Shown here: positions 52,903 through 62,156 of the stretch, in pieces | Numbering within the stretch: position 1 is the first letter of the stretch | Layout of the letters: each line of letters begins with the position of its first letter | DNA from: Candidatus Latescibacterota bacterium | GTDB lineage: Bacteria > Latescibacterota > UBA2968 > GCA-2709665 | Direction: 5' to 3' | NCBI GenBank assembly: GCA_965226795.1 | Contig: CBDDDZ010000003.1 | Span: 352,001 to 416,000, forward strand | Length of the DNA: 64,000 nucleotides | Program-made: the position numbers and the translations under genes | The notes under the pieces: model-generated | What the model saw: only the letters and a program-made list of their open reading frames with translations | The model's database searches: none | Told to the model about the DNA's origin: nothing

Positions 52903-53178
52903 ATGGCCAGAGTTCAGCTTGTATTATCCGACGAGGACCGCGACCGCTTCGTTCATCAGGCGCGAAGAGAAGGTAAGACCTTGAGCGCTTGGCTAAGAAC
53001 CGCAGCCCGCCAACGGCTCGAGGAACAGCAGCGGTCCCAGCCCTTCAAGTCGTCGGCTGACGTGGAGGCGTTCTTTCGCGCGTGCGACGCGCTGGAAGGT
53101 CCTGCTAGGGAGCCTGAATGGAATGAACACCTGGCGGTCATCCAGGAATCCCGCAGAAGGGGTATATCCAACACGTGA
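52903..53178 (+). CDS. Putative VapB-type antitoxin
   Basis: RHH-like MARVQLVLSD...LSAWLR; GGAGG RBS; GTGA overlap with the PIN toxin. Confidence 0.75.
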   Translation: MARVQLVLSDEDRDRFVHQARREGKTLSAWLRTAARQRLEEQQRSQPFKSSADVEAFFRACDALEGPAREPEWNEHLAVIQESRRRGISNT

Positions 53179-53567
53179 TATTTGTCGACACCAATGTCTT
53201 TATGTACGCCGTGGGCAGGCCGCATCCGCTCCGGGATACTGCCCGGGGCTTTTTCACTGAGTGCACCCTTAACCGCACGCCTCTGTGCACGTCGGCGGAA
53301 GTGCTGCAGGAGTTGGCACACGCTTACCTCCCGGTGGCGAGGCTGCAAACGCTCGATGCGGCCCTGTCGTTGATCGCCAGATTCCGCGTGGATGTATGGC
53401 CGCTGGAAGAGGAGGATGTCACGCTTGCGCGTCAGCTCTGCGAACAACATCCCACCCTGGCAGCCAGGGACCTCTGCCACCTGGCCAGCTGCCGGCGGCG
53501 CGGCGTGAGCGAGGTTCGGACCTTCGATCAGGCTCTCGGCGCCGTTATCGGCGGAACGGCGGGGTGA
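53175..53567 (+). CDS. VapC PIN-domain toxin
   Basis: MIFVDTNV, EVLQE, RD..H.A, TFD. Confidence 0.9.
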   Translation: MIFVDTNVFMYAVGRPHPLRDTARGFFTECTLNRTPLCTSAEVLQELAHAYLPVARLQTLDAALSLIARFRVDVWPLEEEDVTLARQLCEQHPTLAARDLCHLASCRRRGVSEVRTFDQALGAVIGGTAG

Positions 53568-53781
53568 GAGGGCCGGAACGGAAATATATCCCGTGGACCG
53601 AAACCGGTTTTAATCCTGTGATCATTTGACCTATTCTTCAGTCGATTAGTGTGGCTCATCCCAAGGCAAGTAACCCAGGTTTACACGCCAATCATCCTGC
53701 GGTTGAGAGCCTCGGTCGTGCACAGTATCTTAATCGCCACTGATTTTGCGATAACCTGAACCGGAGAATTCAAGAGTCGCG

Positions 53782-55146
53782 ATGTCAAATTTAAAGCGCG
53801 TTGAATCGTGTTCCCTGGACCGCATTAAGAGGATGAGAAGCCTGGTCGCGGGGGAGATCGAAAAGATTGCCCGCCGGTTGGACGCAGAAGAAGAAAAAAT
53901 CAACCGCATGGCCAAAACAGCGGACACGGTGGGCCTGAGCAAGAGGCACGGCCAATACGAACTGAACCTGGATACGGCCGATTCGCGGATTTCGACGCTA
54001 AACGAGGAAAAACAGGAACTGAAGGACAAGGCCCGGATCATTGAACAGGCCTTCCAGAAGAAACATCTGATGGATAGGCAGGCCGAAAAACTGGGTAGCT
54101 CCTGGCGCGTGAAGGTCAAAGACATCATCATCTTCCTTCTCATTCTGTTTCTGATCTCGATCCTTGTCATGGACCTGCTCGGCATCGGCGCCAGCGGAGG
54201 TGGCGCGGTTGCAAATGCGGAGGTAAAAAAAGGAAAGATCCACAATATTGTCATTACGAAAGCGGGCGCCGGGTATGTGCGCGTGAACATTTATATCGTG
54301 GATCCGGCCGGGGCCGGCGCACTCGTTTCCGGGCACCTGACCGGAGGAAATTTGACAGGGGTGGACGTCGTCGACGGCGGGGAAAAATACAAGAACCCCG
54401 TTGTTGAGGTCCACCCCCACTTCTCGGTGGGCACGTTGTGGATATTCTGGATCATAGACGTGGTATGCTGCACCATCTTCATGGCCAACTTCGTCTTCGA
54501 ATGCAGGCTTGCCGCTTCCAAGAAGTGGTATTGGAAGAACAACTGGATCGACTTCATCACTTCCATTCCGCTTCCCCCCGTGCAGGTTATCGCAGTCTCC
54601 GGCGACATCGGCGTCGTACGCCTGGGGCGTCTGCTCCGGGCCGTGCGAATTTTGCGGGCGTTGCGGTTAATGCGCATCGGACTGTTCTTCTGGCGGGGTA
54701 TGGACCACCTCAGTACCACGCTGGACGTTCGCCTCCTAAAAAGGTCCCTTCTTTACGGCCTGTTATCGCTCGTGTTCGGCGCCTGCGTTTTTATGGGCCT
54801 GGAACACATGGAGTCCGGTTCCGGGTTCTGGGAAAGCCTCTGGTGGAGCTTCACCACGCTTGTGACCGGTGGTTACGCCGACATCCACAACCCGGAGACT
54901 GCTTCCGGCAGAATCCTCACGGTTTTTCTGGTGATAACCGGAATGGTTCTGGTGGGCGTATTCACCGCCACACTGACGAGCATCCTCGTCAAGGACAAAG
55001 ACTCCTTAAGCGCGGAAGAGCTTGAAGAGCAGATCGGAATCGCAACGAAAATCCACGAAGACCTGGAGACCACCAACCGCCGCCTGGACCGGCTGGAAGG
55101 AAGCGTCCGCGAGATCAGGGACGCTGTCACGGGCCGGGAGAAATAG
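53782..55146 (+). CDS. Voltage-gated-type ion channel (Ion_trans) with N-terminal coiled coil
   Basis: NWIDFITSIP (S3), RLGRLLRAVRILRALRLMR (S4), WWSFTTLVTGGYAD pore, C-terminal coiled coil. Confidence 0.85.
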   Translation: MSNLKRVESCSLDRIKRMRSLVAGEIEKIARRLDAEEEKINRMAKTADTVGLSKRHGQYELNLDTADSRISTLNEEKQELKDKARIIEQAFQKKHLMDRQAEKLGSSWRVKVKDIIIFLLILFLISILVMDLLGIGASGGGAVANAEVKKGKIHNIVITKAGAGYVRVNIYIVDPAGAGALVSGHLTGGNLTGVDVVDGGEKYKNPVVEVHPHFSVGTLWIFWIIDVVCCTIFMANFVFECRLAASKKWYWKNNWIDFITSIPLPPVQVIAVSGDIGVVRLGRLLRAVRILRALRLMRIGLFFWRGMDHLSTTLDVRLLKRSLLYGLLSLVFGACVFMGLEHMESGSGFWESLWWSFTTLVTGGYADIHNPETASGRILTVFLVITGMVLVGVFTATLTSILVKDKDSLSAEELEEQIGIATKIHEDLETTNRRLDRLEGSVREIRDAVTGREK

Positions 55147-55301
55147 GCGCACCCTGCATTCTTTGTTTCTGTCCGGTTAACGTGAGCCCCGGGAAGGAAA
55201 TCTCCGGGGTTTGTTGTATCCCGCGGCGGCCGCCAAAGCGGTTGGCCTTCCTGGAGGACGGACCTTTGAACCCAGTTCCCTGCAGGAGTACCTGACCCGG
55301 C

Positions 55302-56579
55302 ATGTCGGTTTCGAGGAAACACGATCCCTATGCGGCCTTCCGCATTCAAAGCTACCGGCGGTACATTCTGGGCTGGTTTTTTGCCATCGTAGGCAACCAG
55401 ATCCAGGGCATCGCTATCGGCTGGGACATTTACCAGCGCACCGGCCAGGCGCTCTCCCTGGGCCTGGTCGGGCTCGCCCAGGCCCTGCCCACCATCATAC
55501 TCGCCCTGCCCGCAGGCTACCTGGCGGACAGATTCGACCGCCGCAGGGTGGTCATCTTCAGCATGCTGGGCACAACCCTGACTTCGCTGGCGCTCCTCGC
55601 GCTCTCCGTTGCAAAGGGGCCGATTCTCATGATGTATGCGTTACTGGCGCTGGATGCCACGGCCACGTGTCTGGGCCGCCCTGCCAGAACCGCCCTTGTC
55701 CCCCTGCTCGTCCCGCGCGACATTTTCCCGATCGCCGTAACATGGAACAGCAGCCTCATGCAGATGGCCTCGGTGGTCGGACCGGCCCTCGGCGGCTTTG
55801 TGGTGATGTTCAACGTTCCCGCCGCCTACGCGCTCAGTGCGGCGAGCACCCTCGTTTTCGTCGTTCTGCTCACGCGGGTGGACTTCCGTGCAGAACCTGA
55901 AAGTGCGGTACCGGCTTCGATCACGACCCTGCTGGCGGGCATCCGCTATGTCTGGCGCACCCGCCTGATCCTTTCCCTGATGGCCCTGGATATGTTCGCC
56001 GTACTGCTGGGCGGCGCCGTCTACCTGCTGCCCATCTATGCGGAGGATATTCTCCACGTCGGCGCCCAGGGCTTCGGCTGGCTTCGCGCCGCCCCGGGCG
56101 TCGGCGCCTTCTGCATGGCGATCCTCCTGGCCTACCTGCCACCCATGCAGCGCGCCGGCCGGAACCTCCTGCTGGCCGTGGCTGGATTCGGCGTAGCCAC
56201 CATCGTCTTCGGCCTCTCTCAATCCTTCTGGCTCTCCCTGGCGATGCTTTTCCTCACCGGCGCCTTCGACAACGTCAGCATGGTCGTCCGGCACACGCTG
56301 GTTCAGCTTCTCACAACCAATCGGATGCGAGGCCGTGTGCTGGCGGTCAACTACGTGTTCATCGGCGCCTCCAATGAACTGGGCGGCCTGGAATCCGGCC
56401 TGGTCGCCCACTGGTTGGGACCGGTCGTCTCCGTGGTCAGCGGCGGAATCGGGACCGTCCTCGTGGTTCTCGGCACCGTAGCCGGCGTTCCCGGCCTTCG
56501 ACGATTCGGCGCGCTCCACGAAGCCAGGCCGCGGGAAGAGGAGTTGGAAGTGGACGCGAACGGGAAGGGGGAACCCTGA
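55302..56579 (+). CDS. MFS transporter (EntS/DHA3-like)
   Basis: About 12 TM; GYLADRFDRRR motif A; SNELG. Confidence 0.9.
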   Translation: MSVSRKHDPYAAFRIQSYRRYILGWFFAIVGNQIQGIAIGWDIYQRTGQALSLGLVGLAQALPTIILALPAGYLADRFDRRRVVIFSMLGTTLTSLALLALSVAKGPILMMYALLALDATATCLGRPARTALVPLLVPRDIFPIAVTWNSSLMQMASVVGPALGGFVVMFNVPAAYALSAASTLVFVVLLTRVDFRAEPESAVPASITTLLAGIRYVWRTRLILSLMALDMFAVLLGGAVYLLPIYAEDILHVGAQGFGWLRAAPGVGAFCMAILLAYLPPMQRAGRNLLLAVAGFGVATIVFGLSQSFWLSLAMLFLTGAFDNVSMVVRHTLVQLLTTNRMRGRVLAVNYVFIGASNELGGLESGLVAHWLGPVVSVVSGGIGTVLVVLGTVAGVPGLRRFGALHEARPREEELEVDANGKGEP

Positions 56580-56765
56580 ACACTGTCCGGGCGCGCGGCT
56601 CCGGAGGGTTGTGGGCCTGTAAAGCACCGTATGTAAAGCCCGTTCGGACACGGTAATCAATTCTGAAGACGGATCCCTATGGTACATATTTCACGCCCAA
56701 CGACGTCGTGGCATCGACATTCGCCGGCTAATTCGCAGGCGACTGTCCAGAATGGCGCCCGCGGG

Positions 56766-59700
56766 ATGTCACGCTTGTCGTCGGTCGCCATGCCTTTCCG
56801 GCGGGTGTTGCCGGTTCTGTTTGCGCTCGTGGCAATCTGCACATCGCCGGCGCAGGCGCAGCGGGTCCCGCCGGACGAATCGTGGCGCGCACTCAATACG
56901 GAACACTTCCGCGTCACCTTTCCCGAGCATCTGGAGGACTTCGCCCGGCGGATGGCCGGGCAAGCGGAGTGGGCCTACGCACGGCTGACAGAAAATTTCC
57001 TGCCCGGGCCCCGGGAGCCGATCGATATCCTCATCACCGATCACGTCGACGTCTCCAACGGCTACGCGACCCCATTTCCTTCGAACCGCATCGTTTTATT
57101 CGCGCGTCCGCCTGTCGACAGTTTCGTGCTCGGCTACTTCGACGACTGGCTGGAACTTCTGATCGTTCACGAATTGACGCACATATTTCACCTGGACCGG
57201 CAGGGCCGTTACAGCCTTCGAGGGCTTTTCGGGCGGATCCCGTTCCCCGTATTCGGTTTCCCGGCAGCCACCATGCCGCGGTGGGTGATCGAAGGCATCG
57301 CCACCTGGTACGAATCCGCGCTCACGGGCAAGGGCCGCGTTCTGGGAACCTACCACGACATGGTGCTGCGTACGGCAGCCCTGGAGGGCCGCTTCGAATC
57401 CATCGGCCAGGCCGGGGGATGGTCGCCGCAGTGGCCCGGCGGAACCCGCGTGTACGCGTACGGATCGCTCTTTTTCGAACACCTCATGCGAAGGTACGGG
57501 CGGGGCAGGATGGCCGCGTTCGTTCAGGCGGTCGAGGACCAATGGATACCCTATCGGCTCGACGCGGCCGGAAGGAACGCATTCGGCGCCAGCCTGTCGA
57601 GCGAGTGGACCACGTGGGCAAAGGCCTGGCGGGATTCGGCCGCGGGGCTGGATACCCGCCTCACCCGGTTCGGTGCGATTTCCGAGCCGGAACGGCTGAC
57701 CCATGGCGCCCGTTACGCGCGCCACCCAAAGGTGTCGCCCGACGGATCGGCGCTGGTCTATCTTCGCTCCGACGGCCGTACGGATCCGAAACTCGTATCC
57801 GCCAGGCTGGACGCCGGCGGCGAATCGACCGTCGCGTTGATACAAGGGAACACGTTCGCGTTCACGCCCGGCGGCGACATCCTGGTCGACCAGTTGGAAT
57901 TCTCCGGGCGCTACCGGCAATTCAGCGACATTTATCGGGTGACGCATGATAGCGCGATTCAGCGGCTGACCACCGGCGCCCGTCTGACCGCCCCGTCGGC
58001 CGGACCCGGAGATTGGGCGGTCGCCGTCGCGGAAGGCGAGGGCACCAACGGTCTGGCCCGGGTCAATACCCGTACGGGCGCCGTCGAGACGTTGGCTCAC
58101 CCCGAAGCCGGCGTCTACTGGGCGTTTCCGGCGGTGTCTCCCGACGGCCGCTGGATTGCGGCGACCCGCTGGACAGGCGGGAAACACGACATCGCCATCC
58201 TGGATGGGAGCGGCAGCCTCGTCAGCCAGGTCACCCATGACGGCGCGCTGGACTTCGCCCCCACATGGAGCGCCGACGGGCAGTGGCTGGTATGGTCGTC
58301 CGACCGCACCGGCATCCCGAACGTACTCGCGGCAAGATTCGACAGCGGACGGACCACACCCCCGGTCATGCTCACGAACGTCCGCACGGGCGCGGCGTGG
58401 CCCAGCGTGGACCCGTCGGGGCAATGGCTCTATTTCTCGGGGTACCACGTGGACGGATGGGAGATCGAACGTATTCCGTTCGATCCTGCCGCCGCGAGGC
58501 CGGCCCCTCGTTACATGGCCGATTCGACGCACACCGCGGCGGGAGTGCTCGCGGCAGAAGTCGAGACCACGGCAAATGAACCCGGCGCGCGGCCGGGCGG
58601 ACAAATACGCACCTATTCGCCGATGCAGACCCTCCTTCCCCGCTATTGGGTCCCAATTGGGACTCTGACCTTTTCCGGCGCCGGGAGCAGCACATCGCCC
58701 CGCTCAAAGGTTCTCGGTTCGTCCGTCGGCGCCTTTACGTCAGGGGTGGACCTCGTGGGCCGGCACGCCTATAACGTCGGCGCCCGCATCTTTCTGCCGG
58801 CAGGAGGATATTCGGGAGGGAGGGCGGCCGGTTTTCTGTCCTATGGGTACGCCGGACTCGGCAACCCCACGTTGGGTTTATCGCTATCGCAAAACTGGGA
58901 CGAGGATCTCGTCGGGATGAGGGAAGAGGGCAACGACGCCCCGGCGGACACCACGTTTATTCTTGAACGAAGTCGCCGGGCGGCCGTATCGATGACCCTG
59001 GCGCGCCCCAGGGCGTGGAGCGCGTTCTCATTTACGCTTTCCGGCGGGCTGCTTCAGGAGGACCGGGAGGCGCTGAATTCCGAACTCCGGCCAGCGGATC
59101 TGTCGAAATTCGACAGCCCCCACAGCACCCTGGGCGAAGTGACGGCGCGGTTTTCGGCCTCCACGGCCAGGTCGCATGCGTTTCAGATGGGCAGGGCTGC
59201 CGGCGCGTCATTCTCCGTCGGGGCCACGCGGCGCATCGACTTTTCCGGGGAGCCTTCAGACGACCGGTCCGTCGACGCCGTCTCTGGCGACTTCAGGACC
59301 TACGTGAAACTGCCGGGAGGCGGATTTGCCGCGCCGGTGATGGCGCTCCGGGCAAGCGCGGGCGCGGTGCGGGGCCCGGACAGCGGCAGGGGCTACTTCA
59401 AGGTTGGCGGCTCTGCCCGGCGGACCTTTCCGGTGCGGGGATACGAGAGCACCCCGCGATCGGGGCGGCGCGCCTGGTCCGCCTCGCTGGAGTTCCGGGT
59501 ACCGGCCGTGCTGGTTAACCGCGCCCTGCGAACGCCGCTGCTGCATTTCGACCGCCTCTTTCTCACGCTCTTCGCCGACGCGGGCAACGCCTGGGGCCGC
59601 GACAATCTCAGCCAGGCATCGACGCCGCCCGCACTCCTGTCCGCCGGTGCTGAGTTCCTCTACGATTTCGGTATCCTCTATGTTCCATTCCGCTTCCGCG

Positions 59701-59771
59701 TTGGCGCAGCGTACGGGTTCACCGATCCGAAAGGCGCCGTCCCCCACCTCCACCTCGGCACGTCGTTCTGA
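56766..59771 (+). CDS. Outer-membrane protein: zincin (HExxH) domain, TolB/PD40 repeats and Omp85-like barrel
   Basis: Signal peptide; HELTH and WVIEG.A; P..SPDG repeats; FPVRGY, FADAGNAW, terminal Phe. Confidence 0.8.
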   Translation: MSRLSSVAMPFRRVLPVLFALVAICTSPAQAQRVPPDESWRALNTEHFRVTFPEHLEDFARRMAGQAEWAYARLTENFLPGPREPIDILITDHVDVSNGYATPFPSNRIVLFARPPVDSFVLGYFDDWLELLIVHELTHIFHLDRQGRYSLRGLFGRIPFPVFGFPAATMPRWVIEGIATWYESALTGKGRVLGTYHDMVLRTAALEGRFESIGQAGGWSPQWPGGTRVYAYGSLFFEHLMRRYGRGRMAAFVQAVEDQWIPYRLDAAGRNAFGASLSSEWTTWAKAWRDSAAGLDTRLTRFGAISEPERLTHGARYARHPKVSPDGSALVYLRSDGRTDPKLVSARLDAGGESTVALIQGNTFAFTPGGDILVDQLEFSGRYRQFSDIYRVTHDSAIQRLTTGARLTAPSAGPGDWAVAVAEGEGTNGLARVNTRTGAVETLAHPEAGVYWAFPAVSPDGRWIAATRWTGGKHDIAILDGSGSLVSQVTHDGALDFAPTWSADGQWLVWSSDRTGIPNVLAARFDSGRTTPPVMLTNVRTGAAWPSVDPSGQWLYFSGYHVDGWEIERIPFDPAAARPAPRYMADSTHTAAGVLAAEVETTANEPGARPGGQIRTYSPMQTLLPRYWVPIGTLTFSGAGSSTSPRSKVLGSSVGAFTSGVDLVGRHAYNVGARIFLPAGGYSGGRAAGFLSYGYAGLGNPTLGLSLSQNWDEDLVGMREEGNDAPADTTFILERSRRAAVSMTLARPRAWSAFSFTLSGGLLQEDREALNSELRPADLSKFDSPHSTLGEVTARFSASTARSHAFQMGRAAGASFSVGATRRIDFSGEPSDDRSVDAVSGDFRTYVKLPGGGFAAPVMALRASAGAVRGPDSGRGYFKVGGSARRTFPVRGYESTPRSGRRAWSASLEFRVPAVLVNRALRTPLLHFDRLFLTLFADAGNAWGRDNLSQASTPPALLSAGAEFLYDFGILYVPFRFRVGAAYGFTDPKGAVPHLHLGTSF

Positions 59772-59812
59772 CCGGACGGGAATAGAATGGCGGGCGACCT
59801 AAGACTGCACGC

Positions 59813-59847
59813 AAAAAAGCCCCCGGAGATTCCTCTCTCGGGGTTGT
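59813..59847. terminator. Terminator hairpin
   Basis: A6-GCCCCCGGAGA...TCTCGGGGTTGTT between convergent genes. Confidence 0.6.
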
Positions 59848-59903
59848 TCTGCCAGTCCTGCCACTTTGTCACCCGTGCCGTGCGGTACGTCAACTATAGA
59901 TTC

Positions 59904-60090
59904 TCACCGCTTACCTCCGCGCTTCAGGTCCCTTTCGTATCGATTCGTGGTTAGAACACGAACGGATCAAACATGCTCAGCCTTGAACGCCTCCAGGTCG
60001 GTGTATTCAATTAGGCCGTCTTGTGACCGTGCTTGCCGTAGCGCGTCCAAAGTCTCGGTATTCGGAATCCTCACCTCGAAGGGCAAAACC
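59904..60090 (-). pseudogene. RelB/DinJ antitoxin 3' remnant followed by a YafQ-like toxin 5' remnant
   Basis: LPFEVRIPNTETLDAL... is typical of the DinJ C-terminal half; then VLTTNRYERDLKRGGKR*. Confidence 0.6.
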
Positions 60091-60187
60091 CTGTGCAGAG
60101 TGTCCTGGAAATAAGGTTTCACCCGGGCGCGGATAAAAACTGAGGGCATGATGCGGTCAAAAACGCTTGCTATTCGATGAAAAAATC

Positions 60188-61294
60188 TCATCCGTAGGAC
60201 CACTCGCTTTGAAACCCCTGTTGTTCTGCAATTGACATGAGAGGCTTCAAGGTCTTGTGATACGCAGATTTCAATTTCTCGTAGTCCAGCGTTTGATCTG
60301 CGCAAATAAACAGGTCCGTCGTATACGGCTCTATTTCCTTTTCCCATTTCTTACTGCTCAAGCTGTCCCGTGCGATGGATAACGCGGCACTCTGGGTTTC
60401 AGCTAAGCGATCAATGTAAATCTCAGATGGGATTTGGTCGCTTTTGCAACTGTTCGCTTGGGAATCAGCCGGTATCAGGTTCCACAACTGATTGTGCGCT
60501 ACGAATCTCCATGGCAAAAAATGATCCAATTCATAACCGCGATCCAGCTTCTTACCCGTGTAAATGCATCGGATATCCGTTTTATCAATAGCGATATTCC
60601 AGAAGCTTCTCTGTGCGTTAAGAGACTCCCTCTTATCTGGCGGGAGCAACTTTCGTGTTACAGCAGGAATACCGGGATTGCGCCGCTGCATATAATCTGC
60701 CCAATGCCACAGCGCCCATCCCTCGATAATCCCTTGGTTTTGTTTCAAATACGCGATCCAATCCGGATGCAAAAGGATGCATTCTTCGGAATTGTCGAAA
60801 CGGAAAAGAGGGCGTCGTTCACGGAAATGTTTGGCGGCGAGCTTGGTAACTTTCTGGTTCACCTTTTGATCTGGCATACCTCTGGTTTCTGTGGCGAAAA
60901 ACGGGCGCAAAATCCGGTAAGGGACAAAACGCGTTAATTTGTAATCTGACAACTTACTATTACAGGCGAGATGTTTCCGCAATTTATCGCGCCCGGTTTT
61001 GGACAGGACATTTCGATAATCTTCGTTGAACTGGATCGGTTCTAAAGCCGAAGCAATTTGGTCCCGAGTGCCAAACGACAATTTGAAAAAGACGAGAGGA
61101 TACCATGCAGTAAGCAGCATCTCAATCTCTATTTTTCTCAATGGAATTCCGTCATCAATCTCAAATTGCCTGTCCCTTATCAAATTCATTAACGAGATAA
61201 AAAAGAGATATTTGTACGAATTGGTCGTATGCCTGAACAAGCTGCTCAGTGTAGCGATATCCAGTTGGTGCGAATGTGGTAATGGCTGGGTCAT
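60188..61294 (-). CDS. HNH endonuclease domain protein
   Basis: C.YTG, ELDHFLPW, WNLIP...N..KSD; N-terminal TNSYKY. Confidence 0.85.
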   Translation of the reverse strand: MTQPLPHSHQLDIATLSSLFRHTTNSYKYLFFISLMNLIRDRQFEIDDGIPLRKIEIEMLLTAWYPLVFFKLSFGTRDQIASALEPIQFNEDYRNVLSKTGRDKLRKHLACNSKLSDYKLTRFVPYRILRPFFATETRGMPDQKVNQKVTKLAAKHFRERRPLFRFDNSEECILLHPDWIAYLKQNQGIIEGWALWHWADYMQRRNPGIPAVTRKLLPPDKRESLNAQRSFWNIAIDKTDIRCIYTGKKLDRGYELDHFLPWRFVAHNQLWNLIPADSQANSCKSDQIPSEIYIDRLAETQSAALSIARDSLSSKKWEKEIEPYTTDLFICADQTLDYEKLKSAYHKTLKPLMSIAEQQGFQSEWSYG

Positions 61295-61650
61295 AAAGGT
61301 TCAATCCGATTGGCGAATCTCTTCGACCTCTGCAGAAACAAACCTGTCCATTTGAACCGGCAATTCCTATGTCTCGTGGCGTTTCAAAGCGTTGCGCATG
61401 TCGCAAAATGCAACACCCCCTTACAATCGTACGGTCCGGCAGTGTTGTTGTCAACCTGAATCCCCTCGTACGCAAAAAACAAAGCCCGATGGGAAAACTT
61501 ACCCACCGGGCTCTACATGTCGCCAATTATACCTGACGTATCACAGTGTTCAGATAGGCCACACCAAAAAGGCGTCGAAATTACGAAGCGTAGCGAGTAG
61601 GCCCGTCTCGTACGACCTGTCTTGCCTTCGCCCTCGCCTGTCCCGTGTAC

Positions 61651-62156
61651 CTATTCAATCCACGTCAATCCCGCCCGCACTAATTCCCATCCCTCAGAGT
61701 TCCTTTCCAGGAAAGCCCTTCCCCCGGTGTATTCGATCCGGTATTCGGCGATGGCCTTTGAGAGATCTCGATTGAAAACGATGCTCGTCACGAAAGGATG
61801 GGTCTCGAAGTGCCAGCCTTCCCAGTGGCTCCTGAAAATCTTTAGCTCCTGGTTCAGAAAATCAAGCCGTCTGTTCGTGAGCGTGTCCTGATGTGTAGAC
61901 TGAAAACCGGTTTCGTCGGATAAGACCTTGCTTGATTCCAGAAACCTTTCGAGAATGCCTTTCAGAGTTGGAACGAGATAAACCGGCGTGCGTTGATGCG
62001 GTTGCACTCGAGGGCGGAAATCCAGAATACGCAGGTGTGCAATGGCCTGCTTCAATCGCTTTTCAAATTCACGCTGCGTTTCCCGGGATCTATCATCGGG
62101 TTCCGGGAGTGTTTCAACGATGTAAATTTCGATCTCACTTTGTATAAGTGAGTATT
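61651..62156 (-). pseudogene. Hypothetical gene interrupted by the IS (5' part lies beyond 63970)
   Basis: Removing the IS and one TSD gives an open frame AEKIYGKIQYSLIQSEIEIYIVE...LKQAIAHL. Confidence 0.7.

Noticed and set aside
30843..53567. Integrative element or prophage at tRNA-Lys
   Set aside because: No integrase, phage genes or duplicated tRNA 3' end (attR) found by eye
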